Shown: positions 29,144-40,674, numbered from the stretch's first letter. The stretch: 64,000 bases of DNA from an uncultured Spirochaetota bacterium (GCA_963845535.1 CAWJSK010000019.1:352001-416000); one strand, 5' to 3'. Notes: generated by a model from the letters alone, not told the origin. Numbers and translations: made by a program.

Positions 29144-32100
29144 ATGCAGCTTTTCTCTATTGGTAATTTTATTACCTTTTTTGCTGTCCTTCTTATCCTG
29201 GTCATCCTTCGAGCGCTCGACCGCAATAACAGATCACTGGAAAAACTCAAAAGGTTCAGCGACAAGATCGGGGCGAATATCTCCGCGTTGGCTGAGGAGA
29301 AAACCGCCCAGATCCAGGAGCTCACCGTCGGACTCCAGGGAAGCATTGTTGCCGGCAAGGAGCTCGTGGGTCGGGCGCATGCCGCTGAGGAAGCGCTCCA
29401 CGCCAGGGTGAAAGGCGTCGAGGAAGCATTCCAGGTCAAGGCGAAGAGTGTCGAAGAGACGTTCCAAGCCAGGGCCAGGAGCGTGGAGGAGACCGTTCAG
29501 GCCCGGGCCAGGAAAGCTGAAGAGGGCTTGCAGGCCACGGTAAAGAGCGCGGAGGCAGGATTGCAAGCCAGGGCCCGGTCGGTGGAGGAAGCGCTCCAGG
29601 CCAGGGCTGCAGACCTCGAAGGGATCCGTAAGCGGCTCCTGGACTATGAGAAGGGCTTCAGCGAGATTGCTTCCGTTTCGACCCGGCTCGACCAGGCCGT
29701 GAAGAGGGTGCGGCAGGAGGCGGAAGTAGCGGACTCCGTCGGAAAAAGGATCGTTGATGCCGCCGCGCGAATGGAGAAGATTGAGAAAAAGCTCCCAGAA
29801 ATCGAGGCGGCGTCCGGCGCGCGAGCCCGGCAGGCTCTCGAGGCTGCCCGGGCGGACGTGTTGTCCGGGGCGGAAGCGAAGGTCGGGACCCTGGCCGCCG
29901 GCGTCACCGCCTCGGAAAAGAGACTGAAGGATTTCTCTGCATACATCGCGCGCCTGGAGGCGCGGGAAGAACAGGCGGAGAAGGAAAGGGCCGCGTACCT
30001 TTCAAAGTCCCTGGAGGCTTTCGAGGCGGACCTGAATGGCCGGCTTCTTCGCGCGCGCGAGCGTGGGGAGACGCTGGACGAAGAGGTTTTTGGCCGCCTG
30101 AGCGCCAGGATAAAAGAGGACGAAACCGCTTTTGCCCGCAGCGTGCAAGCCATCGAGATGCGGCTCGCCGACTACCAGGGGGACGTGGATTACCGGGTAA
30201 AGGCGCTGGAGGAGTCGAGCAATCTGGACGCGCTGCGCGCGTCCCTTGATGAGAGCATCGTGAAGATGGCGGCGGGCGTGCGGACTGAGATGAAGGAGAT
30301 GGCCGCGGGGCTCGTTGCCGGCTGGCAGGGTGAGATTGCGGCAGCCACCACGGCGCGGGAAAAGCTGCACGCGGGTCTTGATGAAGTCCATGCCGGACTG
30401 GAAGAGCTGAAAACCAAAGCATACCAGGACGTCGAAAAGGGCCTGTCCGTCTTCGAGGACGAGTTCTTTGCTGACTTGCGCCAGAGGGCCGCGCAGGCGT
30501 TGGACAGGGTGGAAGGCTTCGAGGGGGACCTGAAAGGGCGCATCGCTGCATCGGATGAGTCGGTGCAGGGCCTGCGGCAGCGGATATCGGTATTTGAAAA
30601 AGATCTGAACGGCATGGTCGCCCGCGCCGTCCAGACCATCGAGACGCGCCTGGCGGATTACCAGGGAGACGTGGAGAGCCGCATCAAGAGCCTCGAAGAG
30701 ACGAAGGGCGACATCGAGGCTGCTCGCGCCTCCATCAGCCGGGAGATCGAGAAAACCATGGCCCAGGCGCGCGCTACGTCGGACGAATCGGCGCAGGGCT
30801 TGCGGGAGCGGATGTCGGCCTTTGAGACCGATCTTAGCGGCATGGCTTCCCGCGCCGTCCAAGCCGTTGAGACTCGCCTGGCGGACTACCAGGGAGACGT
30901 GGAGAGCCGCATCAAGAGCCTCGAAGGGGCGAAGGGCGACATCGAAGCGGCCCGCGTCTCGATCAGCCAGGAGATCGAGAAATCCACGGCCCAGGCGCGC
31001 GCGCAAATCACGGAGATGGCCACCGGCCTGGAGAACGAGTTTGGCGCGGACTTGCGCCAGCGGGCGGCGCAGTCGCTGGACAGGCACCAGGCCTGGCAGG
31101 CGGACCTCGAGAAGAGGATGGGAGACTTCGAATCGGAGCTGAAGTCGCGGCTTTCTTCTTCGGATGAGTCGGTGCAGGGCTTGCGTGATGCGCTTCGGGT
31201 GGAAGTGGAGAAAACGCGAAAAGACGCTTCCCTGTCCATCGAGAAGGAAACCCAGTCCCTGCGCGAATCGTTGGACGCTTCGGTTCGCAAGAGCCAGCGC
31301 GAGATAGAGACGAAGCTGCGGGAGCTTTCGGCGGAGCTGGAGGGAGGCCGCAAGGAGCTGGGGGACGTGCTGGATGCCTCTCGGGCAGAGGTGGTTGCGT
31401 GGGAGGGCCGGGCGCGGCAGCAGCTTTCGGAGACGGAAGTCTCCGTGGCGGAGAAGATTTCCCGGCTCGCCTCGGAGGCGGAGTCCTCCATTGGTGTGGT
31501 GCGGGAGGAGTTCGCGTCCCAGAGGGAAGAGACGCTTGCAACCTTTACGCAGGAGAGAGCAGCGTTCAAGACCGAGCTGAAGGAAATAGGAGACCGGATT
31601 TCTTCTTTCGAGGCAGAGTTGAAGCGGTCTTCGGAGTCGGCGCTGGGGACCATCCGGACCCAGATGGAAAAAGCCGGCAAGGGGACCTCGGCGGCCCTGG
31701 AGAAGGAGCTCGCCGGACTGAAAGAAGCGTTGGAGTCCCGGGCAGGGGCAATGCATGGAGAGATCGATGCGCGGATGAGGGAACTTGCCGCGCAGCTCGA
31801 ATCCGGCCGAAAGGACGCAGCCGCCCAGGCGGAGTCCGCTCTGGGCGCCATTGCGAGCAGCTTCGCATCCCAGCGGGATGACCTGGTAGCGACCTCCGGC
31901 GCGGAGCGGGAATCTCTCAAGAAGCAGATTGCAGAAATGGCGGAGAGGATCGGCTCCTTCGACGCAGAGCTGTCCCGGACAACGGATTCCACCATGGAAG
32001 CCATCCAGGTGCTCAGAGACGCGCTGCACGAGGAAGTGGAAAAAGCGCGCGGGGAGTCGTCCCTCGCCATGGAGAAAGACCTCGCGTCCCTGCGGGAGTC

Positions 32101-33589
32101 CCTGGACGGCGCTTCCCGAAAGATGCAGAAAGAGATCGAGGCGCGGATGGCGGGCATCACCGGGGAGATGCAAGCCAGCAGCAAGGAAGTCTCGCAGCTC
32201 CTGGAGGCATCCAGCACCTACGTCACTGCCTGGGAGGCGAAGACCCGGCAGCGAATCTCCGAGACCGAAGCGGCAATCGCCAGGAAAGTTGCTTCCGTGG
32301 AGTCCCAGGCGGGCTCCTCGATTGAAGCCGTCACGGAAGCCTTCGCGGCTCAAAAGGAAGAGTTGATGGCCGCTGCCAGCGCGGAGAGCGCGGCATTCAG
32401 GAATGAGCTGACCGAGGTCGGGCAGAAGATCACGGCGCTCAAGGCCGAGCTTTCCACAACCTCCGGAGAGACTGTGGAGAGACTGCAGAGTCAGGCCGAA
32501 GCGCTCCAGACGGACAGCCAGAAGCGCATCCGGGAGTTCCAGGCTGACGTGGAAGCGCGGATCAAGGAATACCGCCAGCTCATGACGGAGAGCCGTGATA
32601 AGGCGGAGGGCATGCAGGAGAAGCTCTTCGCGAAGATCGATGAGAGCTACCGTCTCATGTCAACGAACCTCGCGGACATCGACAAGCGCGTGAAATCCTT
32701 CACCGCGCAGACGCGACTGTTCGAGCGGGCGGACTCGTTGAAGGCTGCCCTCGAAGTCAGCATCGAGGAGATGAAAAAAGACGTCGCGAAGCTGGGGGCG
32801 GAGAAGGCGGAGCTGGCAGAGACCGAGCTGCAGCTCTCACGGACGAAGAAGCTCGCTGATGAGACTTCCACGAAGCTCTCGCGGTTCCTTGCGGAGAAGC
32901 GGCGCATTGATGAGATGGAGGGGGAGTTCAAGAAGCTTCTCACCCTCTCGCGTGACATCGACTTGAAGGTCAGCACGCTCTCCGGCAGCCATGACGCGCT
33001 GCAGCAGATCCAGGCAAAGGTCAGAGAGTTCGAGGAAATGGGGAAGGCCGTTGAGACCGGCGTGGAGAGGCTGGACAAAAAGCAGCAGATCATCACGGTG
33101 ACCGCCGAAGGCGTTGACAAGAACTTCCAGCGCCTGGAAACAATAGAAAAGACCCTCAAGATGACGGACCAGGAAGCCGCGGCGCTGGAGGAAAAAGTGC
33201 GCTCCCTCGTGACGGAATACGAGATGCTCGCGGGACGCAAGAAGGACGCGGAGACGGCGGTGGAGATCTCCAGCAAGCTCACGACCGTCATCGAAGATCT
33301 CGAGCAGCGCCTGGAGAAGGCGCAGAACTCCCGCGAGTGGCTTGCGCGGACGGAGACGCGCTTCGAGGAGATCGGCCGGCAGGCGCAGGAGCAGGTGCGC
33401 CTCCTGGAGACCATCGTCAAGTCGGAGTCCAAGAAGGAGAAAGGAGAAAGGGGCGCTCCTCCCCTGGACAAGAGGGAGACCGTGGTGAAGCTTTCCCATC
33501 AGGGCTGGTCAGTGCAGGAGATCTCCCGGGTCACCCAACTCAGCCGCGGGGAGGTGGAGCTGATCCTCGAGCTTGCCCCGAAGGTGTAG
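29144..33589 (+). CDS. Giant spirochaete-type coiled-coil protein (SpiroCoCo-like), N-terminal TM, C-terminal HTH-like tail
   Basis: TM then RALDRNNRSLEKLKRF, ~1400 aa of helical sequence, ending VVKLSHQGWSVQEISRVTQLSRGEVELILEL; GGAGG SD before ATG 29144. Confidence 0.88.
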   Translation: MQLFSIGNFITFFAVLLILVILRALDRNNRSLEKLKRFSDKIGANISALAEEKTAQIQELTVGLQGSIVAGKELVGRAHAAEEALHARVKGVEEAFQVKAKSVEETFQARARSVEETVQARARKAEEGLQATVKSAEAGLQARARSVEEALQARAADLEGIRKRLLDYEKGFSEIASVSTRLDQAVKRVRQEAEVADSVGKRIVDAAARMEKIEKKLPEIEAASGARARQALEAARADVLSGAEAKVGTLAAGVTASEKRLKDFSAYIARLEAREEQAEKERAAYLSKSLEAFEADLNGRLLRARERGETLDEEVFGRLSARIKEDETAFARSVQAIEMRLADYQGDVDYRVKALEESSNLDALRASLDESIVKMAAGVRTEMKEMAAGLVAGWQGEIAAATTAREKLHAGLDEVHAGLEELKTKAYQDVEKGLSVFEDEFFADLRQRAAQALDRVEGFEGDLKGRIAASDESVQGLRQRISVFEKDLNGMVARAVQTIETRLADYQGDVESRIKSLEETKGDIEAARASISREIEKTMAQARATSDESAQGLRERMSAFETDLSGMASRAVQAVETRLADYQGDVESRIKSLEGAKGDIEAARVSISQEIEKSTAQARAQITEMATGLENEFGADLRQRAAQSLDRHQAWQADLEKRMGDFESELKSRLSSSDESVQGLRDALRVEVEKTRKDASLSIEKETQSLRESLDASVRKSQREIETKLRELSAELEGGRKELGDVLDASRAEVVAWEGRARQQLSETEVSVAEKISRLASEAESSIGVVREEFASQREETLATFTQERAAFKTELKEIGDRISSFEAELKRSSESALGTIRTQMEKAGKGTSAALEKELAGLKEALESRAGAMHGEIDARMRELAAQLESGRKDAAAQAESALGAIASSFASQRDDLVATSGAERESLKKQIAEMAERIGSFDAELSRTTDSTMEAIQVLRDALHEEVEKARGESSLAMEKDLASLRESLDGASRKMQKEIEARMAGITGEMQASSKEVSQLLEASSTYVTAWEAKTRQRISETEAAIARKVASVESQAGSSIEAVTEAFAAQKEELMAAASAESAAFRNELTEVGQKITALKAELSTTSGETVERLQSQAEALQTDSQKRIREFQADVEARIKEYRQLMTESRDKAEGMQEKLFAKIDESYRLMSTNLADIDKRVKSFTAQTRLFERADSLKAALEVSIEEMKKDVAKLGAEKAELAETELQLSRTKKLADETSTKLSRFLAEKRRIDEMEGEFKKLLTLSRDIDLKVSTLSGSHDALQQIQAKVREFEEMGKAVETGVERLDKKQQIITVTAEGVDKNFQRLETIEKTLKMTDQEAAALEEKVRSLVTEYEMLAGRKKDAETAVEISSKLTTVIEDLEQRLEKAQNSREWLARTETRFEEIGRQAQEQVRLLETIVKSESKKEKGERGAPPLDKRETVVKLSHQGWSVQEISRVTQLSRGEVELILELAPKV
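30551..30990 (+). repeat. Internal 228-nt (76-aa) tandem duplication
   Basis: CCAGGGAGACGTGGAGAGCCGCATCAAGAGCCTCGAAG at 30661 and 30889; SDES.QGLR..ETRLADYQGDVESRIKSLE twice. Confidence 0.9.
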
Positions 33590-33746
33590 CGCCGTGAACG
33601 GTGGCCGCGCCGTGGCCGCGCGGCCTTCCGCACTATCTGTACTCGACCTGCATCCGGTGCTACTGTTGCCAGGAGACCTGTCCCACGGGCGCCATCACAA
33701 TCCGTCGCGGCCCCCTGGCAGGGATGTTCGAAAGCCGGAGGTAGAC

Positions 33747-35114
33747 ATGCCGATCACGGTCGATTATCGCAGGATGATGCCGCCCCTTTCGCGGGAGCTG
33801 GTGGAGTCATACCGGGGCGCCTTGCGCGCAATCCACGCGGACGTGAGCGCGCGGCGCAAGGCCGGCGCGCTGCCGTTTTACGACCTTCCCCAACAGGACA
33901 TCGGGCCAATCGAGAAGTACGCGGCGCGGGTGAAGGGCTCGTACAAGAACGTGGTGGTGCTGGGCATTGGCGGCTCGGCTCTCGGACTCCTTTCCCTCAA
34001 TTCGGCGCTCCGCAGCCCGTATCCCGCCCTCGAGCCCGCGCCTCGCCTCGCCGTCATGGACAACATCGACCCGGTCCGCATCAGCGCCTTCATGAAGGCG
34101 TTTGATCCCAAAGAGACCATCCTGAACGTGATAACGAAATCCGGCGACACCGCGGAGACCATGTCGGAGTTCCTGATATTCCGCAAATGGTTCACCGACG
34201 CCCTGGGGGCCAAAGGCTCGAAAGAGCGCATCGTGGTCACCACGGACAAGAACAAAGGCGCCCTGCGCAAGATCGCGAATGACGAAGGCTATGCCAGCTT
34301 TGAGGTCCCTGACGGCGTCGGGGGCAGGTTCTCCGTTCTCACTCCGGTAGGCCTCGTGCCTGCGGCGCTTTTGGGCATCGACATACGGGGACTCCTTGCC
34401 GGAGCTGCGGACATGGATGCGCGCCTGGGAAGCGCGGAGCTGATGGAAAACCCGGCGTACCTGGGGGCCGCGCTGCATCATGCGGCCTGGCAGGAGGGAA
34501 GGCGGATCTCGGTGATGTTCGCCTACTCCGACCAGCTCTACCTGATGGCGGACTGGTACCGGCAGCTATGGGCGGAGAGCCTTGGCAAGCGCACGGCAAC
34601 TGACGGAAGGATCGTGGCAGTCGGGCCAACCCCCATCAAGGCGCTGGGGGTCACGGACCAGCATTCGCAGGTCCAGCTCTACAAGGAAGGACCGGATGAC
34701 AAGGTCTACACGTTCCTCACCGTGGAGACCTTCGATGCAACGGTCCCCATCCCGTCCTCCGACCTGGAGGCAGTCTCCTACCTGGGCGGCCACACCTTGA
34801 ACGAGCTTCTGGCTGCCGAAGAGCTTGCCACGGAGATCGCGCTTTGGAAGGCGGGCCGGCCGGTCGCGCGCATCGTTTTCCCCCGGGTCAACGCTGAGAA
34901 CGTGGGGGAGTACTACCATCTTCTCGAAGTCCAGACAGTGGCGGCCGGCGGCCTGTTCGGGATCAACCCGCTGGACCAGCCGGGGGTGGAGGAAGGGAAG
35001 CATTTCGCGTACGGGATCATGGGACGGGCCGGATACGAGGCAAAACGAAAAGAAGTCGAGGGAATAGCGCAGGGAGACCCTGCCGTTGTGTTCAAGGGCA
35101 GGGAAAAAGCTTGA
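33747..35114 (+). CDS. pgi: Glucose-6-phosphate isomerase
   Basis: GIGGSALG, TKSGDTAET, VGGRFSV, QLWAESLGK, DQHSQ, NPLDQPGVEEGK; GGAGG SD before ATG 33747. Confidence 0.97.
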   Translation: MPITVDYRRMMPPLSRELVESYRGALRAIHADVSARRKAGALPFYDLPQQDIGPIEKYAARVKGSYKNVVVLGIGGSALGLLSLNSALRSPYPALEPAPRLAVMDNIDPVRISAFMKAFDPKETILNVITKSGDTAETMSEFLIFRKWFTDALGAKGSKERIVVTTDKNKGALRKIANDEGYASFEVPDGVGGRFSVLTPVGLVPAALLGIDIRGLLAGAADMDARLGSAELMENPAYLGAALHHAAWQEGRRISVMFAYSDQLYLMADWYRQLWAESLGKRTATDGRIVAVGPTPIKALGVTDQHSQVQLYKEGPDDKVYTFLTVETFDATVPIPSSDLEAVSYLGGHTLNELLAAEELATEIALWKAGRPVARIVFPRVNAENVGEYYHLLEVQTVAAGGLFGINPLDQPGVEEGKHFAYGIMGRAGYEAKRKEVEGIAQGDPAVVFKGREKA

Positions 35115-35163
35115 CCTGATCCGAAGTCATCTATTACCTTTAGGTAAACTCTTTTAGCAGGCG

Positions 35164-35811
35164 GTGATGATGTCGAAGAAGAAAGACCAATCAGAGGTCT
35201 TCGAAGGGGCGCAAAACGTCCCGGGGGCAACGCCCCAGGACGGTGGATCAGACGTGAAGGGGGGCCAGCAGGCCGCCCCCGTGCCCGAGCCATCCCCTGT
35301 GAAGGCGCTCTCGGCTGAAGTCGCTGACCTCAAGGACAAGCTGCTCCGCAAGCAGGCGGATTTCGAGAACTTCCGAAAGCGTATGCTCCGTGAAAGGGAG
35401 GACGCCGCCCGGTACGCCAACGCCGCCCTGCTCTCGGATCTCACAGGACTGATCGATGATTTCGAGCGCGCAATCCATTCGGGGGAGGAGTCGAAAGATT
35501 TCGGTTCCTTCCTTCAGGGCATAACGATGATCGAAAAGCAGCTCGTCGAGATGCTCGAAAACCGCTGGGGCCTGAAGAGGTTTTCCTCCGTGGGAGAGGC
35601 CTTTGATCCCAACAAGCACGAGGCCGTGCAGCGCGTGGAAGGGCCGGTGGACGCAAAGCCGACCGTGGTGGAAGATTATCAGAAAGGGTACTACCTGCAT
35701 GAGCGGGTCCTGAGGCCCGCTCGCGTGAAGGTCATGGTCCCGGCGCAGGGAGAGGCCGGGACTGCTGGTGCTACCGTCCCTGGACCGAAGCCCGGCCCGG
35801 ACGGGAAATAA
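35164..35811 (+). CDS. grpE: Nucleotide exchange factor GrpE
   Basis: [40 protein letters not shown]; exact start 35164-35170 uncertain. Confidence 0.97.
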   Translation: MMMSKKKDQSEVFEGAQNVPGATPQDGGSDVKGGQQAAPVPEPSPVKALSAEVADLKDKLLRKQADFENFRKRMLREREDAARYANAALLSDLTGLIDDFERAIHSGEESKDFGSFLQGITMIEKQLVEMLENRWGLKRFSSVGEAFDPNKHEAVQRVEGPVDAKPTVVEDYQKGYYLHERVLRPARVKVMVPAQGEAGTAGATVPGPKPGPDGK

Positions 35812-35824
35812 GGGAGACCCCTGG

Positions 35825-37846
35825 ATGGGCAAGATCATCGGCATTGACCTGGGAACCACCAACTCGTGCGTTGCCATCATGGAGGGCAGCCAGCCCGTCG
35901 TGATCCAGAACTCCGAAGGGCAGCGTACCACCCCCTCGGTTGTCGCCTTTACCGACAAGGGTGAGCGCCTGGTGGGCCAGCCGGCCAAGAACCAGATGAT
36001 CACGAACCCTGAGAACACGGTGTATTCCATCAAGCGGTTCATGGGGCGAAGGCACCCCGAGGTGGTGGAGGAGATCCGGAGGGTTCCGTTCACCGTGGTG
36101 GATGCCGGCAATGACGTGCGGGTGCAGATCCGCGGCAACCCGTATTCTCCGCCTGAGATATCGGCGGCAATCCTCCAGAAGATGAAGAAGACGGCGGAGG
36201 ACTACCTCGGGGAACCTGTCACGGAAGCCGTCATCACGGTCCCGGCATATTTCAATGACGCCCAGCGCCAGGCCACCAAGGACGCGGGCCGGATTGCCGG
36301 CCTGGACGTCAAGCGGATCGTGAATGAGCCCACCGCAGCGGCGCTGGCGTACGGCCTGGACAAGGGCGGTCGGGAAGAGACCATCGCCGTCTATGACCTG
36401 GGGGGCGGTACGTTCGACATTTCCATCCTGGAGCTGGGGGATGGCGTTTTCGAGGTGAAGTCCACCAACGGTGACACGCACCTCGGAGGGGATGACTTCG
36501 ACCAGCGGATCATTGAATGGACCGTTTCGGAGTTCAAGCAGGAGCATGGCATCGACCTTTCCGGGGACCGCATGGCGCTTCAGCGTCTCAAGGAAGCCGC
36601 TGAGAAGGCCAAGATAGAGCTTTCGAGCACCCAGACCACTACCATCAACCTGCCGTTCATCACGGCGGACCAGTCCGGCCCGAAGCACCTGAACTACACG
36701 CTGACCCGGGCAAAGCTGGAGCACCTCCTGGGGGATCTTTTCGAAAAGACGCGCACGCCCTGCTTTCAGGCCTTGCAGGACGCGGGACTCACGCCGGCGG
36801 ACATTGACCATGTCATCCTCGTGGGCGGCTCGACCCGCATCCCGGCGGTGCAGGCGCTGGTCAAGGACATCTTCAAAAAGGAAGGAAGCAAGGGCGTAAA
36901 CCCTGACGAGGTGGTAGCCGTTGGCGCCTCCATCCAGGGCGGCATTCTGGGCGGAGACATCAAGGATGTTCTCCTGCTGGACGTCACGCCTCTCTCCCTC
37001 GGCATTGAAACCCTGGGAGGGGTGTTCACCAAGCTCATTGAGCGCAACACGACAATCCCTACGCGCAAGAGCCAGACCTTCTCCACTGCATCAGACAGCC
37101 AGACCGCCGTGTCCATCCACGTCCTGCAGGGAGAGCGGGAGATGGCCGCGCAGAACAGGACGCTGGGCCGCTTCGATCTGGTGGGCATTCCCCCCGCGCC
37201 CCGCGGCGTGCCGCAGATCGACGTGACCTTCGACATCGACGCAAACGGGATTGTGCACGTTTCCGCCAAGGACCTCGGCACGGGCAAGGAGCAGAAGATC
37301 CGCATCGAAAGCTCCTCAGGACTTTCGGAGGAAGAGATCAGGCGCATGGTCAAGGAAGCGGATGCCAACGCCGCCACGGACAGGATGGAGCGGGAGAGAG
37401 CGGAAGCAAGGAACGACGCTGACAGCCTCCTGTACTCCACGGAGAAATCTCTCCTGGATTTCGGTGACCGCGTGAGCAAGGAGGACAGGGGCGCCATTGA
37501 GGGGGCCGCCGCCGAGCTGCGTGCCGCAATTGACACCTCCGACGTCCCACTCATCAAGGCCAAGACGGAGGCGCTGAAAAAAGCCGCTTACCGGCTTGCG
37601 GAGGAGGTCTACAGGGCCAAGAGCGAGCCCCGGGAAGCGCCGTCTCGGAAAGCATCCGGCGCGTCCGGTAAGTCCGGCAACGGCTCCGCAGGCGGCCCGT
37701 CAGGCGGCTCCGCAGGCGGCCCGTCAGGCGGTTCATCGGGCCAAGGGCGTTCACCACGGGCCGGAAGCCGCGCGCAACACGCTGATACGGAAACGTCCGA
37801 TGACCCCGACTACGAGGTCGTCGACGACGAAACGAAGAAAACCTGA
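35825..37846 (+). CDS. dnaK: Chaperone DnaK with extended G/S-rich tail
   Basis: [38 protein letters not shown]; 24-nt duplication at 37681-37728 in the tail. Confidence 0.99.
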   Translation: MGKIIGIDLGTTNSCVAIMEGSQPVVIQNSEGQRTTPSVVAFTDKGERLVGQPAKNQMITNPENTVYSIKRFMGRRHPEVVEEIRRVPFTVVDAGNDVRVQIRGNPYSPPEISAAILQKMKKTAEDYLGEPVTEAVITVPAYFNDAQRQATKDAGRIAGLDVKRIVNEPTAAALAYGLDKGGREETIAVYDLGGGTFDISILELGDGVFEVKSTNGDTHLGGDDFDQRIIEWTVSEFKQEHGIDLSGDRMALQRLKEAAEKAKIELSSTQTTTINLPFITADQSGPKHLNYTLTRAKLEHLLGDLFEKTRTPCFQALQDAGLTPADIDHVILVGGSTRIPAVQALVKDIFKKEGSKGVNPDEVVAVGASIQGGILGGDIKDVLLLDVTPLSLGIETLGGVFTKLIERNTTIPTRKSQTFSTASDSQTAVSIHVLQGEREMAAQNRTLGRFDLVGIPPAPRGVPQIDVTFDIDANGIVHVSAKDLGTGKEQKIRIESSSGLSEEEIRRMVKEADANAATDRMERERAEARNDADSLLYSTEKSLLDFGDRVSKEDRGAIEGAAAELRAAIDTSDVPLIKAKTEALKKAAYRLAEEVYRAKSEPREAPSRKASGASGKSGNGSAGGPSGGSAGGPSGGSSGQGRSPRAGSRAQHADTETSDDPDYEVVDDETKKT

Positions 37847-37852
37847 AAGCTC

Positions 37853-38986
37853 ATGGCAAAACGAGATTTTTACGAGGTACTGGGCGTCGCAAAGGGCGCG
37901 TCACGTGAAGAAATAAAGAAGGCCTACCGGCAGCTCGCCATCAAGCACCACCCTGATCGCAACCAGGGGGACAAGGAATCCGAGGAGAAGTTTAAGGAGG
38001 CCACTGAGGCGTATGAAATCCTGGCGGATGACCGCAAGCGCCGCGCGTACGACCAGTACGGGTTTGCCGGGGTCAACGGCATGGGCCAGCCGACCGCCCA
38101 GGACTTCTCCACGATCTTCCAGGGGTTCGAAGACATCTTCGGAGACTTCAGCGGCTTCTTCGATTCTTTCTTCGGGTCCACGGGAAGCCGGCGCAGGTCT
38201 TCGCGGGGCGGCTTCGGCCAGCAGGGATCCGACCTGCGCTATGACATGGAAATCTCCTTCCTTGACGCGGCCTTCGGCACCAAGCGGGAGATCTCCTACG
38301 CCAGGGCGGAGAGATGCGACGTCTGCGGCGGCACGGGAGCGGACAAGGGGACGGGCAGGAAGCTTTGCCCCACCTGCGGCGGCTCCGGTCAAGTGCGGAG
38401 AAACTCAGGATTCTTTTCCATAGCCTCGACCTGCCCGAGCTGCAACGGCGAGGGTGAGATCGTTGAGAAGCCTTGTACCGCCTGCCGCGGGACGGGCCTT
38501 GTGCGCCGCAACCGCACGGTCACCGTCACAATCCCCGCGGGGATCGAAGACGGCAAGCGGCTCAGCCTTGCGGGGCAGGGTGACGGAGGGACCAACGGGG
38601 CGCGTGACGGCGACCTGTACATCTTCCTGCGGGTCCAGCCTCACGATCTGTACGAGCGGGACGGCAACGACGTGTATTGCGCGGTCCCCATCTCTTTCAC
38701 GCAGGCCGCGCTGGGCGCTGACATCGTGGTCCCGACGCTGGATGACAAGACCGTGCGCGTGTCTGTTCCCGCCGGAACGCAGAACGGAAGGATATTGCGG
38801 CTGAAGGGTGAGGGCATACCGGACCTTCACGGTCCCAGCCGGCGCGGGGACTTGTACATCAAGCTCGTCGTGAAGGTTCCCACGAAGGTCTCCGCCCGGG
38901 CAAAGGAGCTTCTCAAGGAGCTTGCCAGCGTCAGCGGGGAAGAAAAGAGCCCCAAGCCCATCCCCTTGTCCGAGCTGAAGCAATGA
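37853..38986 (+). CDS. dnaJ: Chaperone DnaJ
   Basis: J domain HPD, G/F region, four CxxCxGxG repeats. Confidence 0.99.
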   Translation: MAKRDFYEVLGVAKGASREEIKKAYRQLAIKHHPDRNQGDKESEEKFKEATEAYEILADDRKRRAYDQYGFAGVNGMGQPTAQDFSTIFQGFEDIFGDFSGFFDSFFGSTGSRRRSSRGGFGQQGSDLRYDMEISFLDAAFGTKREISYARAERCDVCGGTGADKGTGRKLCPTCGGSGQVRRNSGFFSIASTCPSCNGEGEIVEKPCTACRGTGLVRRNRTVTVTIPAGIEDGKRLSLAGQGDGGTNGARDGDLYIFLRVQPHDLYERDGNDVYCAVPISFTQAALGADIVVPTLDDKTVRVSVPAGTQNGRILRLKGEGIPDLHGPSRRGDLYIKLVVKVPTKVSARAKELLKELASVSGEEKSPKPIPLSELKQ

Positions 38987-39002
38987 CGTAACATTTCCCT
39001 CA

Positions 39003-40373
39003 ATGGAAAATGTGGGGTTCTTCCTCCGCGCCGTTACAGTCACGCTTCTGGCAGCTGAATCAATCCTGCTGGCAGTTCGCTCACCGCGATGCGCGCGGCG
39101 GCGGGAGCCGCTGTACCTCGCCCTCTTTCTGTGCGCGGTGGCCGTCGGGATTGCCTTCCCATCCCTCCTGGGGGCCGCAAGCGTGCTTGCGGTCTCTACG
39201 ATGTGGGCGGCAGGGGCCTTCCTCATCGAGGCCCGCGGCAGGACCCGCCATGCAAAGCTGCGCCTGCCCTGGGCATGCGCGTGCGCGCTCTTTGTCATCC
39301 TGCTCCTGGCAGGAAGCACGCTCGGTCTTCATGATACAACCATTCTTGCCGCCTTTGACGCCGCGGGGACGTGCGCGCTGGCCGTCTTTCCCGTACGGCT
39401 CCTGGTGGGAATAGGGAGAGGCTCGCGCTCCACGCCGCTTTTCGCCGCCCTGGTGTCCGCCTGCATATGGATTGTTGCCGCGGCGGCGGACACCGTGCTC
39501 GTCTCCCTGGGGTTTCGATACCCGGACGTCTCGACCGTTCCCCTCTTCGTTCTCTCACTCTGCATGGGCTGGCTGGTTTTCCAGGAAGGCTACCCTTCGC
39601 GGGCGGGATGGCACGGGCGGCTTGCAGCCCTGGAGCTGCAGGAGAAGCTCCCCCACGCCGCCTACGCGCGGGTGCTCGACCATGAGACCACGCTGGCGCG
39701 GCAGGACCGGCTGATTGCCGCGGGGCTCCTTGTCCTTGGAGCGGCCCACGAGTTCAAGAACACGCTGTCCTACATCCGTGCCGTTGCGGAAACAGGCCTG
39801 GAAAGGACGGAAGCGGATAGAAAGGATGAAAGCCTGCGCCTCCTCCTGGAGCACGCGGACGCGGGGCGGGAATCAGCGGTGGGGCTGCTGGAGAGGCTCG
39901 GCAGGGAGGGCCGGGAGAAACCGCGGGTCATGGACGCGGAACGTGACCTGGCGCAGTTCCTGCGGCTCATCCGCGCCGGCTACCGCGGGGAAGGCATCCT
40001 GATGACGGCGGCCCTTGCGCCCGGCGTCAGGTTCAGCGCGAGAAAAAGCGAGGTGGAGCAGATCCTCCACAACCTCGTGCGGAATGCCGTTGAAAGCCTG
40101 CGCTTCAAGGGGATTGCCGAGCAGAAACTCATCGAGGTCTCATCACGGCGCGCGGACGGGCAGGCGCTGCTCGAAGTGAAGGACAACGCCGGTGGCATCA
40201 CGCAGGCTGCGGCGCGCAGGCTCTTTGCTCCCCGTTTCTCCCAGACAGGCGGGACGGGGCTCGGCCTCTACCTCTCGCGGAGTCTCGCGCTGCAAAACGG
40301 AGGGACGCTGGAATACGCGCCTGCCCCCGGCGGGAGCGTGTTCATGCTCTCGTTCACGGCGGTGGAAGAGTGA
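39003..40373 (+). CDS. Multi-TM sensor histidine kinase (no response regulator in window)
   Basis: About 7 hydrophobic segments; H box AHEFKN, N box QILHNLVRNA, DNAGGI, GTGLGL. Confidence 0.9.
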   Translation: MENVGFFLRAVTVTLLAAESILLAVRSPRCARRREPLYLALFLCAVAVGIAFPSLLGAASVLAVSTMWAAGAFLIEARGRTRHAKLRLPWACACALFVILLLAGSTLGLHDTTILAAFDAAGTCALAVFPVRLLVGIGRGSRSTPLFAALVSACIWIVAAAADTVLVSLGFRYPDVSTVPLFVLSLCMGWLVFQEGYPSRAGWHGRLAALELQEKLPHAAYARVLDHETTLARQDRLIAAGLLVLGAAHEFKNTLSYIRAVAETGLERTEADRKDESLRLLLEHADAGRESAVGLLERLGREGREKPRVMDAERDLAQFLRLIRAGYRGEGILMTAALAPGVRFSARKSEVEQILHNLVRNAVESLRFKGIAEQKLIEVSSRRADGQALLEVKDNAGGITQAAARRLFAPRFSQTGGTGLGLYLSRSLALQNGGTLEYAPAPGGSVFMLSFTAVEE

Positions 40374-40394
40374 AGAGAACGGCGGCCCGCGCAA

Positions 40395-40424
40395 TTGACA
40401 TGTTCTCCCAGGCACGAATACTTT
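40395..40424 (+). promoter_or_regulatory. Sigma70-type promoter ahead of decayed module
   Basis: TTGACA followed at 16-18 nt by AATACT/TACTTT. Confidence 0.55.
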
Positions 40425-40434
40425 GATAGCAGTA

Positions 40435-40674
40435 ATGTCCCCGGAAGCAGATTTCGACAGCGTGACGCAGGAAGCCTCGAGACTCTCATCTCCCAGCACC
40501 GAGCGACATGTCTTTGGTTCATCCGGGAGGATTATGCTCCCGGGTGGTACGCGTCTACGGTAATCTCACTTGCTTGAGAAGGTCCAGCGCTACGGTGACC
40601 GGAATAGCTTACGTCCAAGCCGAAGGTTGAGGGAATGGCTCTTACAAAACTCCAGCGCGAAATTCTCTGGGTAA
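40435..40674 (+). pseudogene. Frameshifted small gene, putative partner of a nucleotidyltransferase
   Basis: Pieces in different frames: MSPEADFDSV / LETLISQHRATCLWFIREDYAP / LLEKVQRYGDR...LREWLLQNSSAKFSG*; overlaps the next ATG. Confidence 0.5.

Noticed and set aside
35115..35165. CIRCE operator before grpE
   Set aside because: Only TTAGCA is present; the GAGTGCTAA half-site is absent.
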